Positions 39,115 through 52,200 of a stretch of 64,000 nt of DNA are shown here, in pieces. Position 1 is the first letter of the stretch, and every line of letters begins with the position of its first letter. The notes under the pieces were generated by a model. The model was not told the origin of the DNA, made no database searches, and saw only the letters and a list, made by a program, of their open reading frames with translations. Source of the stretch: Gordius albopunctatus (taxonomy: Eukaryota); assembly GCA_964276515.1 (NCBI GenBank), contig OZ193910.1:7936001-8000000 (forward strand). Direction: 5' to 3'. Position numbers and translations under genes: made by a program.

Positions 39115-39577
39115 CTAAAAGCTAGTTAAAAATAAAATGCTAGTATAATTTTACTTGAGTTTTAGTGTAAGTGTTTTTTAAAATATTAAATAGGATATCA
39201 AATTGAATGTCAAATAGATTTAGCTAAAAAAATTTTAAATTTAATTATACATAATCTTACCTGAGGTTTAAATTAAGTTGTTTATATTATTAAAATTGTA
39301 GGTGTGTTTGTAAAGTAGAAACAAAAAATAGTGCTTGATTAAATATAGGGTAATACAGAATTTAAATTTTAATGGTGTAGGTGTAATAATACCTAAATAG
39401 TTGATTTGCAACTTATATTTCAAATTCAAACAAGCTAAAAGCTACTTTAAATAAAATTGTTTATATGTATTTACTTAGATGAGTCAAACAAATAGGGTAA
39501 ACTTTTTGAATATACAATAAGCAAGTCAAATTCCAAAATAAAAGCTAAAAATTTAAATTCTGATGTTTATATTTTAC
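39115..39577 (-). other. Four putative very short GT-AG introns in the transposase 5' leader (39545-39577, 39435-39474, 39224-39260, 39115-39154)
   Basis: On the minus strand each reads GTAA...TTTTAG, followed by C. Lengths are 33, 40, 37 and 40 nt. One has the full CAG|GTAAG donor. Confidence 0.5.
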
Positions 39578-39738
39578 TTGAATTAGGTGATTGACTAGAA
39601 GGTTTCAATTAATTTTAAATAGGCGGAAAAATGCTAATAGAAGTTTCCACGAGGAAAATATAAAATTCTAAATAATTAAAATCAATTTAAAAATAAAATA
39701 TTGCGTAAATTTTGTGTCAAAAACATTAATTTTTTTAA

Positions 39739-39819
39739 GGGAATTTATCATAGGGAAAATTCAATTTTCCCGCGGGAATATTCCCGGGAATTAATGGGAA
39801 TATTCCCGGGAATATTCCC
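39739..39819. repeat. Subterminal GGGAA/TTCCC palindromic cluster (probable transposase binding sites)
   Basis: GGGAA at 39739, 39753, 39774, 39786, 39796 and 39808. GGGAATATTCCC occurs at 39774-39785 and twice in tandem at 39796-39819. Confidence 0.85.
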
Positions 39820-39826
39820 CCCTGTG

Positions 39827-39835
39827 CCATCTCTA
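39827..39835 (-). repeat. Terminal inverted repeat CCATCTCTA (transposase 5' end)
   Basis: Reverse complement of the left terminus; abuts the TSD. Confidence 0.93.
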
Positions 39836-39843
39836 ATCGCTTT
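39836..39843. repeat. Right target-site duplication ATCGCTTT
   Basis: Follows ...GCCATCTCTA directly and is followed by the normal satellite continuation ATAAGCGTG. Confidence 0.96.
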
Positions 39844-42800
39844 ATAAGCGTGTCTCTAGTTTTAGTGAAACAAGCTCTATGCGATCGTGATTTAGAGATA
39901 ATAATTTTTGACGACTGATCAAAAAAATGTTTTTAAAGGAATTCACCTCTTATACCGAAAACTTTCATGAGAGCTATATGGTTGAACAAAAAAATAGAAA
40001 AAATTTTGAGGTCGAAAAAATTTTTATTTTTCATATTCTTTCGAAAGGGAGATGAAAAAATCTTTAAAAGTTAGTAAATATTCTTAGAATTTTGTCCTTG
40101 TTAGAATCTTGAAAGGAATTTATGCGTGGGGGGATGTTTTAGATTGAGAGAAATTAAAATTTAGGTGTTGCGTTTATATTGTTTCAATATCGCTTTATAA
40201 GCGTGTCTCTAGTTTTAGTGAAACAAGCTCTATTCGATCGTGATTCAGAGTTAATAATTTTATGACTGATCAAAAAAATGTTTTTCAAGGAATTCACCTC
40301 TTATACCGAAAACTTTCATGAGAACTATATGGTTGAACAAAAAAATTGAAAAAATTTTGAGGTCGAAAAAATATTATTTTTTTCATATTTTTTCGAAAGG
40401 GAGATGAAAAAATCTTTAAAAGTTAGTAAATATTCTTAGCATTTTGTCCTTGTTAGAATCTTGATAGGAATTTATCCTTGGGGGGATGTTTGAGATTGAG
40501 AGAAATTAAAATTTTCGTGTTGCGTTTATATTGTTTCAATATCGCTTTATAAGCGTGTCTCTAGTTTTAGTGAAACAAGCTCTATGCGATCGTGATTTAG
40601 AGTTAATAATTTTTGATGACTGATCAAAAAAATGTTTTTCAAGGAATTCACCTCTTATACCGAAAACTTTCATGAGAGCTATATGGTTGAACAAAAAAAT
40701 TGAAAAAATTTTGAGGTCGAAAAAATTATTATTTTTCATATTCTTTCGAAAGGGAGATGAAAAAATCTTTAAAAGTTAGTAAATATTCTTAGCATATTGT
40801 CCTCGTTAGAATCTTGATAGGAATTTATGCGTGGGGGGATGTTTTAGATTGAGAGAAATTAAAATTTTCGTGCTGCGTTTAGTTTGTTTCAATATCGCTT
40901 TATAAGCGTGTCTCTAGTTTTAGTGAAACAAGCTCTATGCGATCGTGATTTACAGTTAATAATTTTTGATGACTGATCAAAAAAATGTTTTTCAAGGAAT
41001 TCACCTCTTATACCGAAAACTTTCATGAGAGCTATATGGTTGAACAAAAAAATTGAAAAAATTTTGAGGTCGAAAAAAATATTGTTTTTCAAATTCTTTC
41101 GAAAGGGAGATGAAAAAATCTTTAAAAGTTAGTAAATATTCTTAGAATTTTGTCCTTGTTAGAATCTTGATAGGAATTTTTGCGTTGGCGATGTTTGAGA
41201 TTGAGAGAAAATAAAATTTTCGTGCTGCGTTTAGTTTGTTTCAATATCGCTTTATAAGCGTGTCTCTAGTTTTAGTGAAACAAGCTCTATGCGATCGTGA
41301 TTTAGAGATAATAATTTTTGACGACTGATCAAAAAAATGTTTTTAAAGGAATTCACCTCTTATACCGAAAACTTTCATGAGAGCTATATGGTTGAACAAA
41401 AAAATAGAAAAAATTTTGAGGTCGAAAAAATTATTATTTTTCATATTCTTTCGAAAGGGAGATGAAAAAATCTTTAAAAGTTAGTAAATATTCTTAGCAT
41501 TTTGTCCTTGTTAGAATCTTGAAAGGAATTTATGCGTGGGGGGATGTTTTAGATTGAGAGAAATTAAAATTTAGGTGTTGCGTTTATATTGTTTCAATAT
41601 CGCTTTATAAGCGTGTCTCTAGTTTTAGTGAAACAAGCTCTATGCGATCGTGATTTAGAGTTAATAATTTTTGATGACTGATCAAAAAATTGTTTTTCAA
41701 GGAATTCACCTCTTATACCGAAAACTTTCATGAGAGCTATATGGTTGAACAAAAAAATTGAAAAAATTTTGAGGTCGAAAAAATTATTATTTTTCATATT
41801 CTTTCGAAAGGGAGATGAAAAAATCTTTAAAAGTTAGTAAATATTCTTAGCATATTGTCCTCGTTAGAATCTTGATAGGAATTTATGCGTGGGGGGATGT
41901 TTTAGATTGAGAGAAATTAAAATTTTCGTGCTGCGTTTAGTTTGTTTCAATATCGCTTTATAAGCGTGTCTCTAGTTTTAGTGAAACAAGCTCTATGCGA
42001 TCGTGATTTACAGTTAATAATTTTTGATGACTGATCAAAAAAATGTTTTTCAAGGAATTCACCTCTTATACCGAAAACTTTCATGAGAGCTATATGGTTG
42101 AACAAAAAAATTGAAAAAATTTTGAGGTCGAAAAAAATATTGTTTTTCAAATTCTTTCGAAAGGGAGATGAAAAAATCTTTAAAAGTTAGTAAATATTCT
42201 TAGAATTTTGTCCTTGTTAGAATCTTGATAGGAATTTTTGCGTTGGCGATGTTTGAGATTGAGAGAAAATAAAATTTTCGTGCTGCGTTTAGTTTGTTTC
42301 AATATCGCTTTATAAGCGTGTCTCTAGTTTTAGTGAAACAAGCTCTATGCGATCGTGATTTACAGTTAATAATTTTTGATGACTGATCAAAAAAATGTTT
42401 TTCAAGGAATTCACCTCTTATACCGAAAACTTTCATGAGAGCTATATGGTTGAACAAAAAAATTGAAAAAATTTTGAGGTCGAAAAAATTATTATTTTTC
42501 ATATTCTTTCGAAAGGGAGATGAAAAAATCTTTAAAAGTTAGTAAATATTCTTAGCATATTGTCCTCGTTAGAATCTTGATAGGAATTTATGCGTGGGGG
42601 GATGTTTGAGATTGAGAGAAATTAAAATTTTCGTGCTGCGTTTATATTGTTTCAATATCGCTTTATAAGCGTGTCTCTAGTTTTAGTGAAACAAGCTCGA
42701 TGCGATCGTGATTTAGAGTTAATAATTTTTGATGACTGATCAAAAAAATGTTTTTCAAGCAATTCACCTGTTATACCGAAAACTTTCATGAGAGCTATAT

Positions 42801-45800
42801 GGTTGAACAAAAAAATTGAAAAAATTTTGAGGTCGAAAAAAATATTATTTTTCAAATTCTTTCGAAAGGATGATGAAAAAATCTTTAAAAGTTAGTAAAT
42901 ATTCTTAGCATTTTGTCCTTGTTAGAATATTGATAGAAATTTATGCGTGGGGGGATGTTTGAGATTGAGAGAAATTAAAATTTTCGTGTTGCGTTTATAT
43001 TGTTTCAATATCGCTTTATAAGCGTGTCTCTAGTTTTAGTGAAACAAGCTCTATGCGATCGTGATTTAGAGATAATAATTTTTGACGACTGATCAAAAAA
43101 ATATTTTTAAAGGAATTCACCTCTTATACCGAAAACTTTCATGAGAGCTATATGGTTGAACAAAAAAATAGAAAAAATTTTGAGGTCGAAAAAATTATTA
43201 TTTTTCATATTCTTTCGAAAGGGAGATGAAAAAATCTTTAAAAGTTAGTAAAGATTCTTAGCATTTTGTCCTTGTTAGAATCTTGAAAGGAATTTATGCG
43301 TGGGGGGATGTTTTAGATTGAGAGAAATTAAAATTTAGGTGTTGCGTTTATATTGTTTCAATATCGCTTTATAAGCGTGTCTCTAGTTTTAGTGAAACAA
43401 GCTCTATGCGATCGTGATTTAGAGTTAATAATTTTTGATGACTGATCAAAAAAATGTTTTTCAAGGAATTCACCTCTTATACCGAAAACTTTCATGAGAG
43501 CTATATGGTTGAACAAAAAAATTGAAAAAATTTTGAGGTCGAAAAAATTATTATTTTTCATATTCTTTCGAAAGGGAGATGAAAAAATCTTTAAAAGTTA
43601 GTAAATATTCTTAGCATATTGTCCTCGTTAGAATCTTGATAGGAATTTATGCGTGGGGGGATGTTTGAGATTGAGAGAAATTAAAATTTTCGTGCTGCGT
43701 TTATATTGTTTCAATATCGCTTTATAAGCGTGTCTCTAGTTTTAGTGAAACAAGCTCGATGCGATCGTGATTTAGAGTTAATAATTTTTGATGACTGATC
43801 AAAAAAATGTTTTTCAAGCAATTCACCTGTTATACCGAAAACTTTCATGAGAGCTATATGGTTGAACAAAAAAATTGAAAAAATTTTGAGGTCGAAAAAA
43901 ATATTATTTTTCAAATTCTTTCGAAAGGATGATGAAAAAATCTTTAAAAGTTAGTAAATATTCTTAGCATTTTGTCCTTGTTAGAATATTGATAGAAATT
44001 TATGCGTGGGGGGATGTTTTAGATTGAGAGAAATTAAAATTTAGGTGTTGCGTTTATATTGTTTCAATATCGCTTTATAAGCGTGTCTCTAGTTTTAGTG
44101 AAACAAGCTCTATGCGATCGTGATTTAGAGATAATAATTTTTGACGACTGATCAAAAAAATGTTTTTAAAGGAATTCACCTCTTATACCGAAAACTTTCA
44201 TGAGAGCTATATGGTTGAACAAAAAAATTGAAAAAATTTTGAGGTCGAAAAAATTTTTATTTTTCATATTCTTTCGAAAGGGAGATGAAAAAATCTTTAA
44301 AAGTTAGTAAATATTCTTAGAATTTTGTCCTTGTTAAAATCTTGAAAGGAATTTATGCGTGGGGGGATGTTTTAGATTGAGAGAAATTAAAATTTAGGTG
44401 TTGCGTTTATATTGTTTCAATATCGCTTTATAAGCGTGTCTCTAGTTTTAGTGAAACAAGCTCTATTCGATCGTGATTCAGAGTTAATAATTTTATGACT
44501 GATCAAAAAAATGTTTTTCAAGGAATTCACCTCTTATACCGAAAACTTTCATGAGAACTATATGGTTGAACAAAAAAATTGAAAAAATTTTGAGGTCGAA
44601 AAAATATTATTTTTTCCATATTTTTTCGAAAGGGAGATGAAAAAATCTTTAAAAGTTAGTAAATATTCTTAGCATTTTGTCCTTGTTAGAATCTTGATAG
44701 GAATTTATCCTTGGGGGGATGTTTGAGATTGAGAGAAATTAAAATTTTCGTGTTGCGTTTATATTGTTTCAATATCGCTTTATAAGCGTGTCTCTAGTTT
44801 TAGTGAAACAAGCTCTATGCGATCGTGATTTAGAGTTAATAATTTTTGATGACTGATCAAAAAAATGTTTTTCAAGGAATTCACCTCTTATACCGAAAAC
44901 TTTCATGAGAGCTATATGGTTGAACAAAAAAATAGAAAAAATTTTGAGGTCGAAAAAATTATTATTTTTCATATTCTTTCGAAAGGGAGATGAAAAAATC
45001 TTTAAAAGTTAGTAAATATTCTTAGCATTTTGTCCTTGTTAGAATCTTGATAGGAATTTATCCTTGGGGGGATGTTTGAGATTGAGAGAAATTAAAATTT
45101 TCGTGTTGCGTTTATATTGTTTCAATATCGCTTTATAAGCGTGTCTCTAGTTTTAGTGAAACAAGCTCTATGCGATCGTGATTTAGAGTTAATAATTTTT
45201 GATGACTGATCAAAAAAATGTTTTTCAAGGAATTCACCTCTTATACCGAAAACTTTCATGAGAGCTATATGGTTGAACAAAAAAATTGAAAAAATTTTGA
45301 GGTCGAAAAAATTATTATTTTTCATATTCTTTCGAAAGGGAGATGAAAAAATCTTTAAAAGTTAGTAAATATTCTTAGCATATTGCCCTTGTTAGAATCT
45401 TAAGGAATATATGCGTGGGGGGATGTTTGAGATTGAGAGAAATTAAAATTTTCGTGTTACGTTTATATTGTTTCAATATCGCTTTATAAGCGTGTTTCTA
45501 GTTTTAGTGAAACAAGCTCTATGCGATCGTGATTTAGAGTTAATAATTTTTGATGACTGATCAAAAAAATGTTTTTCAAGGAATTCACCTCTTATACCGA
45601 AAACTTTCATGAGAGCTATATGGTTGAACAAAAAAATTGAAAAAATTTTGAGGTCGAAAAAATTATTATTTTTCATATTCTTTCGAAAGGGAGATGAAAA
45701 AATCTTTAAAAGTTAGTAAATATTCTTAGCATTTTGTCCTTGTTAGAATCTTGATAGGAATTTATCCTTGGGGGGATGTTTGAGATTGAGAGAAATTAAA

Positions 45801-48199
45801 ATTTTCGTGTTGCGTTTATATTGTTTCAATATCGCTTTATAAGCGTGTCTCTAGTTTTAGTGAAACAAGCTCTATGCGATCGTGATTTAGAGTTAATAAT
45901 TTTTGATGACTGATCAAAAAAATGTTTTTCAAGGAATTCACCTCTTATACCGAAAACTTTCATGAGAGCTATATGGTTGAACAAAAAAATTGAAAAAATT
46001 TTGAGGTCGAAAAAATTATTATTTTTCATATTCTTTCGAAAGGGAGATGAAAAAATCTTTAAAAGTTAGTAAATATTCTTAGCATTTTGTCCTCGTTAGA
46101 ATCTTGATATGAATTTATGCGTGGGGGGATGTTTGAGATTGAGAGAAATTAAAATTTTCGTGCTGCGTTTAGTTTGTTTCAATATCGCTTTATAAGCGTG
46201 TCTCTAGTTTTAGTGAAACAAGCTCTATGCGATCGTGATTTAGAGATAATAATTTTTGATGACTGATCAAAAAAATGTTTTTCAAGGAATTCACCTCTTA
46301 TACCGAAAACTTTCATGAGAGCTATATGGTTGAACAAAAAAATAGAAAAAATTTTGAGGTCGAAAAAATTATTATTTTTCATATTCTTTCGAAAGGGAGA
46401 TGAAAAAATCTTTAAAAGTTAGTAAATATTCTTAGCATTTTGTCCTTGTTAGAATCTTGATAGGAATTTATCCTTGGGGGGATGTTTGAGATTGAGAGAA
46501 ATTAAAATTTTCGTGTTGCGTTTATATTGTTTCAATATCGCTTTATAAGCGTGTCTCTAGTTTTAGTGAAACAAGCTCTATGCGATCGTGATTTAGAGTT
46601 AATAATTTTTGATGACTGATCAAAAAAATGTTTTTCAAGGAATTCACCTCTTATACCGAAAACTTTCATGAGAGCTATATGGTTGAACAAAAAAATTGAA
46701 AAAATTTTGAGGTCGAAAAAATTATTATTTTTCATATTCTTTCGAAAGGGAGATGAAAAAATCTTTAAAAGTTAGTAAATATTCTTAGCATATTGCCCTT
46801 GTTAGAATCTTAACGAATATATGCGTGGGGGGATGTTTGAGATTGAGAGAAATTAAAATTTTCGTGTTACGTTTATATTGTTTCAATATCGCTTTATAAG
46901 CGTGTTTCTAGTTTTAGTGAAACAAGCTCTATGCGATCGTGATTTAGAGTTAATAATTTTTGATGACTGATCAAAAAAATGTTTTTCAAGGAATTCACCT
47001 CTTATACCGAAAACTTTCATGAGAGCTATATGGTTGAACAAAAAAATTGAAAAAATTTTGAGGTCGAAAAAATTATTATTTTTCATATTCTTTCGAAAGG
47101 GAGATGAAAAAATCTTTAAAAGTTAGTAAATATTCTTAGCATTTTGTCCTTGTTAGAATCTTGATAGGAATTTATCCTTGGGGGGATGTTTGAGATTGAG
47201 AGAAATTAAAATTTTCGTGTTGCGTTTATATTGTTTCAATATCGCTTTATAAGCGTGTCTCTAGTTTTAGTGAAACAAGCTCTATGCGATCGTGATTTAG
47301 AGTTAATAATTTTTGATGACTGATCAAAAAAATGTTTTTAAAGGAATTCACCTCTTATACCGAAAACTTTCATGAGAGCTATATGGTTGAACAAAAAAAT
47401 AGAAAAAATTTTGAGGTCGAAAAAATTTTTATTTTTCATATTCTTTCGAAAGGGAGATGAAAAAATCTTTAAAAGTTAGTAAATATTCTTAGAATTTTGT
47501 CCTTGTTAGAATCTTGAAAGGAATTTATGCGTGGGGGGATGTTTTAGATTGAGAGAAATTAAAATTTAGGTGTTGCGTTTATATTGTTTCAATATCGCTT
47601 TATAAGCGTGTCTCTAGTTTTAGTGAAACAAGCTCTATTCGATCGTGATTCAGAGTTAATAATTTTATGACTGATCAAAAAAATGTTTTTCAAGGAATTC
47701 ACCTCTTATACCGAAAACTTTCATGAGAACTATATGGTTGAACAAAAAAATTGAAAAAATTTTGAGGTCGAAAAAATATTATTTTTTTCATATTTTTTCG
47801 AAAGGGAGATGAAAAAATCTTTAAAAGTTAGTAAATATTCTTAGCATTTTGTCCTTGTTAGAATCTTGATAGGAATTTATCCTTGGGGGGATGTTTGAGA
47901 TTGAGAGAAATTAAAATTTTCGTGTTGCGTTTATATTGTTTCAATATCGCTTTATAAGCGTGTCTCTAGTTTTAGTGAAACAAGCTCTATGCGATCGTGA
48001 TTTAGAGTTAATAATTTTTGATGACTGATCAAAAAATTGTTTTTCAAGGAATTCACCTCTTATACCGAAAACTTTCATGAGAGCTATATGGTTGAACAAA
48101 AAAATTGAAAAAATTTTGAGGTCGAAAAAATTATTATTTTTCATATTCTTTCGAAAGGGAGATGAAAAAATCTTTAAAAGTTAGTAAATATTCTTAGCA

Positions 48200-51100
48200 T
48201 ATTGTCCTCGTTAGAATCTTGATAGGAATTTATGCGTGGGGGGATGTTTGAGATTGAGAGAAATTAAAATTTTCGTGCTGCGTTTATATTGTTTCAATAT
48301 CGCTTTATAAGCGTGTCTCTAGTTTTAGTGAAACAAGCTCGATGCGATCGTGATTTAGAGTTAATAATTTTTGATGACTGATCAAAAAAATGTTTTTCAA
48401 GCAATTCACCTGTTATACCGAAAACTTTCATGAGAGCTATATGGTTGAACAAAAAAATTGAAAAAATTTTGAGGTCGAAAAAAATATTATTTTTCAAATT
48501 CTTTCGAAAGGATGATGAAAAAATCTTTAAAAGTTAGTAAATATTCTTAGCATTTTGTCCTTGTTAGAATATTGATAGAAATTTATGCGTGGGGGGATGT
48601 TTTAGATTGAGAGAAATTAAAATTTAGGTGTTGCGTTTATATTGTTTCAATATCGCTTTATAAGCGTGTCTCTAGTTTTAGTGAAACAAGCTCTATGCGA
48701 TCGTGATTTAGAGATAATAATTTTTGACGACTGATCAAAAAAATGTTTTTAAAGGAATTCACCTCTTATACCGAAAACTTTCATGAGAGCTATATGGTTG
48801 AACAAAAAAATTGAAAAAATTTTGAGGTCGAAAAAATTTTTATTTTTCATATTCTTTCGAAAGGGAGATGAAAAAATCTTTAAAAGTTAGTAAATATTCT
48901 TAGAATTTTGTCCTTGTTAAAATCTTGAAAGGAATTTATGCGTGGGGGGATGTTTTAGATTGAGAGAAATTAAAATTTAGGTGTTGCGTTTATATTGTTT
49001 CAATATCGCTTTATAAGCGTGTCTCTAGTTTTAGTGAAACAAGCTCTATTCGATCGTGATTCAGAGTTAATAATTTTATGACTGATCAAAAAAATGTTTT
49101 TCAAGGAATTCACCTCTTATACCGAAAACTTTCATGAGAACTATATGGTTGAACAAAAAAATTGAAAAAATTTTGAGGTCGAAAAAATATTATTTTTTCC
49201 ATATTTTTTCGAAAGGGAGATGAAAAAATCTTTAAAAGTTAGTAAATATTCTTAGCATTTTGTCCTTGTTAGAATCTTGATAGGAATTTATCCTTGGGGG
49301 GATGTTTGAGATTGAGAGAAATTAAAATTTTCGTGTTGCGTTTATATTGTTTCAATATCGCTTTATAAGCGTGTCTCTAGTTTTAGTGAAACAAGCTCTA
49401 TGCGATCGTGATTTAGAGTTAATAATTTTTGATGACTGATCAAAAAAATGTTTTTCAAGGAATTCACCTCTTATACCGAAAACTTTCATGAGAGCTATAT
49501 GGTTGAACAAAAAAATAGAAAAAATTTTGAGGTCGAAAAAATTATTATTTTTCATATTCTTTCGAAAGGGAGATGAAAAAATCTTTAAAAGTTAGTAAAT
49601 ATTCTTAGCATTTTGTCCTTGTTAGAATCTTGATAGGAATTTATCCTTGGGGGGATGTTTGAGATTGAGAGAAATTAAAATTTTCGTGTTGCGTTTATAT
49701 TGTTTCAATATCGCTTTATAAGCGTGTCTCTAGTTTTAGTGAAACAAGCTCTATGCGATCGTGATTTAGAGTTAATAATTTTTGATGACTGATCAAAAAA
49801 ATGTTTTTCAAGGAATTCACCTCTTATACCGAAAACTTTCATGAGAGCTATATGGTTGAACAAAAAAATTGAAAAAATTTTGAGGTCGAAAAAATTATTA
49901 TTTTTCATATTCTTTCGAAAGGGAGATGAAAAAATCTTTAAAAGTTAGTAAATATTCTTAGCATATTGCCCTTGTTAGAATCTTAAGGAATATATGCGTG
50001 GGGGGATGTTTGAGATTGAGAGAAATTAAAATTTTCGTGTTACGTTTATATTGTTTCAATATCGCTTTATAAGCGTGTTTCTAGTTTTAGTGAAACAAGC
50101 TCTATGCGATCGTGATTTAGAGTTAATAATTTTTGATGACTGATCAAAAAAATGTTTTTCAAGGAATTCACCTCTTATACCGAAAACTTTCATGAGAGCT
50201 ATATGGTTGAACAAAAAAATTGAAAAAATTTTGAGGTCGAAAAAATTATTATTTTTCATATTCTTTCGAAAGGGAGATGAAAAAATCTTTAAAAGTTAGT
50301 AAATATTCTTAGCATTTTGTCCTTGTTAGAATCTTGATAGGAATTTATCCTTGGGGGGATGTTTGAGATTGAGAGAAATTAAAATTTTCGTGTTGCGTTT
50401 ATATTGTTTCAATATCGCTTTATAAGCGTGTCTCTAGTTTTAGTGAAACAAGCTCTATGCGATCGTGATTTAGAGTTAATAATTTTTGATGACTGATCAA
50501 AAAAATGTTTTTCAAGGAATTCACCTCTTATACCGAAAACTTTCATGAGAGCTATATGGTTGAACAAAAAAATTGAAAAAATTTTGAGGTCGAAAAAATT
50601 ATTATTTTTCATATTCTTTCGAAAGGGAGATGAAAAAATCTTTAAAAGTTAGTAAATATTCTTAGCATTTTGTCCTCGTTAGAATCTTGATATGAATTTA
50701 TGCGTGGGGGGATGTTTGAGATTGAGAGAAATTAAAATTTTCGTGCTGCGTTTAGTTTGTTTCAATATCGCTTTATAAGCGTGTCTCTAGTTTTAGTGAA
50801 ACAAGCTCTATGCGATCGTGATTTAGAGATAATAATTTTTGATGACTGATCAAAAAAATGTTTTTCAAGGAATTCACCTCTTATACCGAAAACTTTCATG
50901 AGAGCTATATGGTTGAACAAAAAAATAGAAAAAATTTTGAGGTCGAAAAAATTATTATTTTTCATATTCTTTCGAAAGGGAGATGAAAAAATCTTTAAAA
51001 GTTAGTAAATATTCTTAGCATTTTGTCCTTGTTAGAATCTTGATAGGAATTTATCCTTGGGGGGATGTTTGAGATTGAGAGAAATTAAAATTTTCGTGTT

Positions 51101-52200
51101 GCGTTTATATTGTTTCAATATCGCTTTATAAGCGTGTCTCTAGTTTTAGTGAAACAAGCTCTATGCGATCGTGATTTAGAGTTAATAATTTTTGATGACT
51201 GATCAAAAAAATGTTTTTCAAGGAATTCACCTCTTATACCGAAAACTTTCATGAGAGCTATATGGTTGAACAAAAAAATTGAAAAAATTTTGAGGTCGAA
51301 AAAATTATTATTTTTCATATTCTTTCGAAAGGGAGATGAAAAAATCTTTAAAAGTTAGTAAATATTCTTAGCATATTGCCCTTGTTAGAATCTTAACGAA
51401 TATATGCGTGGGGGGATGTTTGAGATTGAGAGAAATTAAAATTTTCGTGTTACGTTTATATTGTTTCAATATCGCTTTATAAGCGTGTTTCTAGTTTTAG
51501 TGAAACAAGCTCTATGCGATCGTGATTTAGAGTTAATAATTTTTGATGACTGATCAAAAAAATGTTTTTCAAGGAATTCACCTCTTATACCGAAAACTTT
51601 CATGAGAGCTATATGGTTGAACAAAAAAATTGAAAAAATTTTGAGGTCGAAAAAATTATTATTTTTCATATTCTTTCGAAAGGGAGATGAAAAAATCTTT
51701 AAAAGTTAGTAAATATTCTTAGCATTTTGTCCTTGTTAGAATCTTGATAGGAATTTATCCTTGGGGGGATGTTTGAGATTGAGAGAAATTAAAATTTTCG
51801 TGTTGCGTTTATATTGTTTCAATATCGCTTTATAAGCGTGTCTCTAGTTTTAGTGAAACAAGCTCTATGCGATCGTGATTTAGAGTTAATAATTTTTGAT
51901 GACTGATCAAAAAAATGTTTTTAAAGGAATTCACCTCTTATACCGAAAACTTTCATGAGAGCTATATGGTTGAACAAAAAAATAGAAAAAATTTTGAGGT
52001 CGAAAAAATTTTTATTTTTCATATTCTTTCGAAAGGGAGATGAAAAAATCTTTAAAAGTTAGTAAATATTCTTAGAATTTTGTCCTTGTTAGAATCTTGA
52101 AAGGAATTTATGCGTGGGGGGATGTTTTAGATTGAGAGAAATTAAAATTTAGGTGTTGCGTTTATATTGTTTCAATATCGCTTTATAAGCGTGTCTCTAG
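48200..52200. repeat. Higher-order duplicate of ~43620-47620 (offset 4,583 = 13 monomers)
   Basis: 43711/48294, 44769/49352, 45473/50056, 46179/50762 and 46883/51466 share diagnostic variants (GTTAAAATCTTG, ATTGCCCTTG, CTTAACGAAT, GTGTTTCTAG). Confidence 0.9.

Larger units (their letters stand above)
36955..39835 (-). mobile_element. hAT-superfamily cut-and-paste DNA transposon, apparently full length (2,881 bp)
   Basis: Non-satellite insert flanked by an 8-bp direct repeat (the TSD length typical of hAT elements), with inverted termini TAGAGATGG...CCATCTCTA, subterminal GGGAA repeats at both ends, and an internal minus-strand transposase with hAT motifs. Confidence 0.97.
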
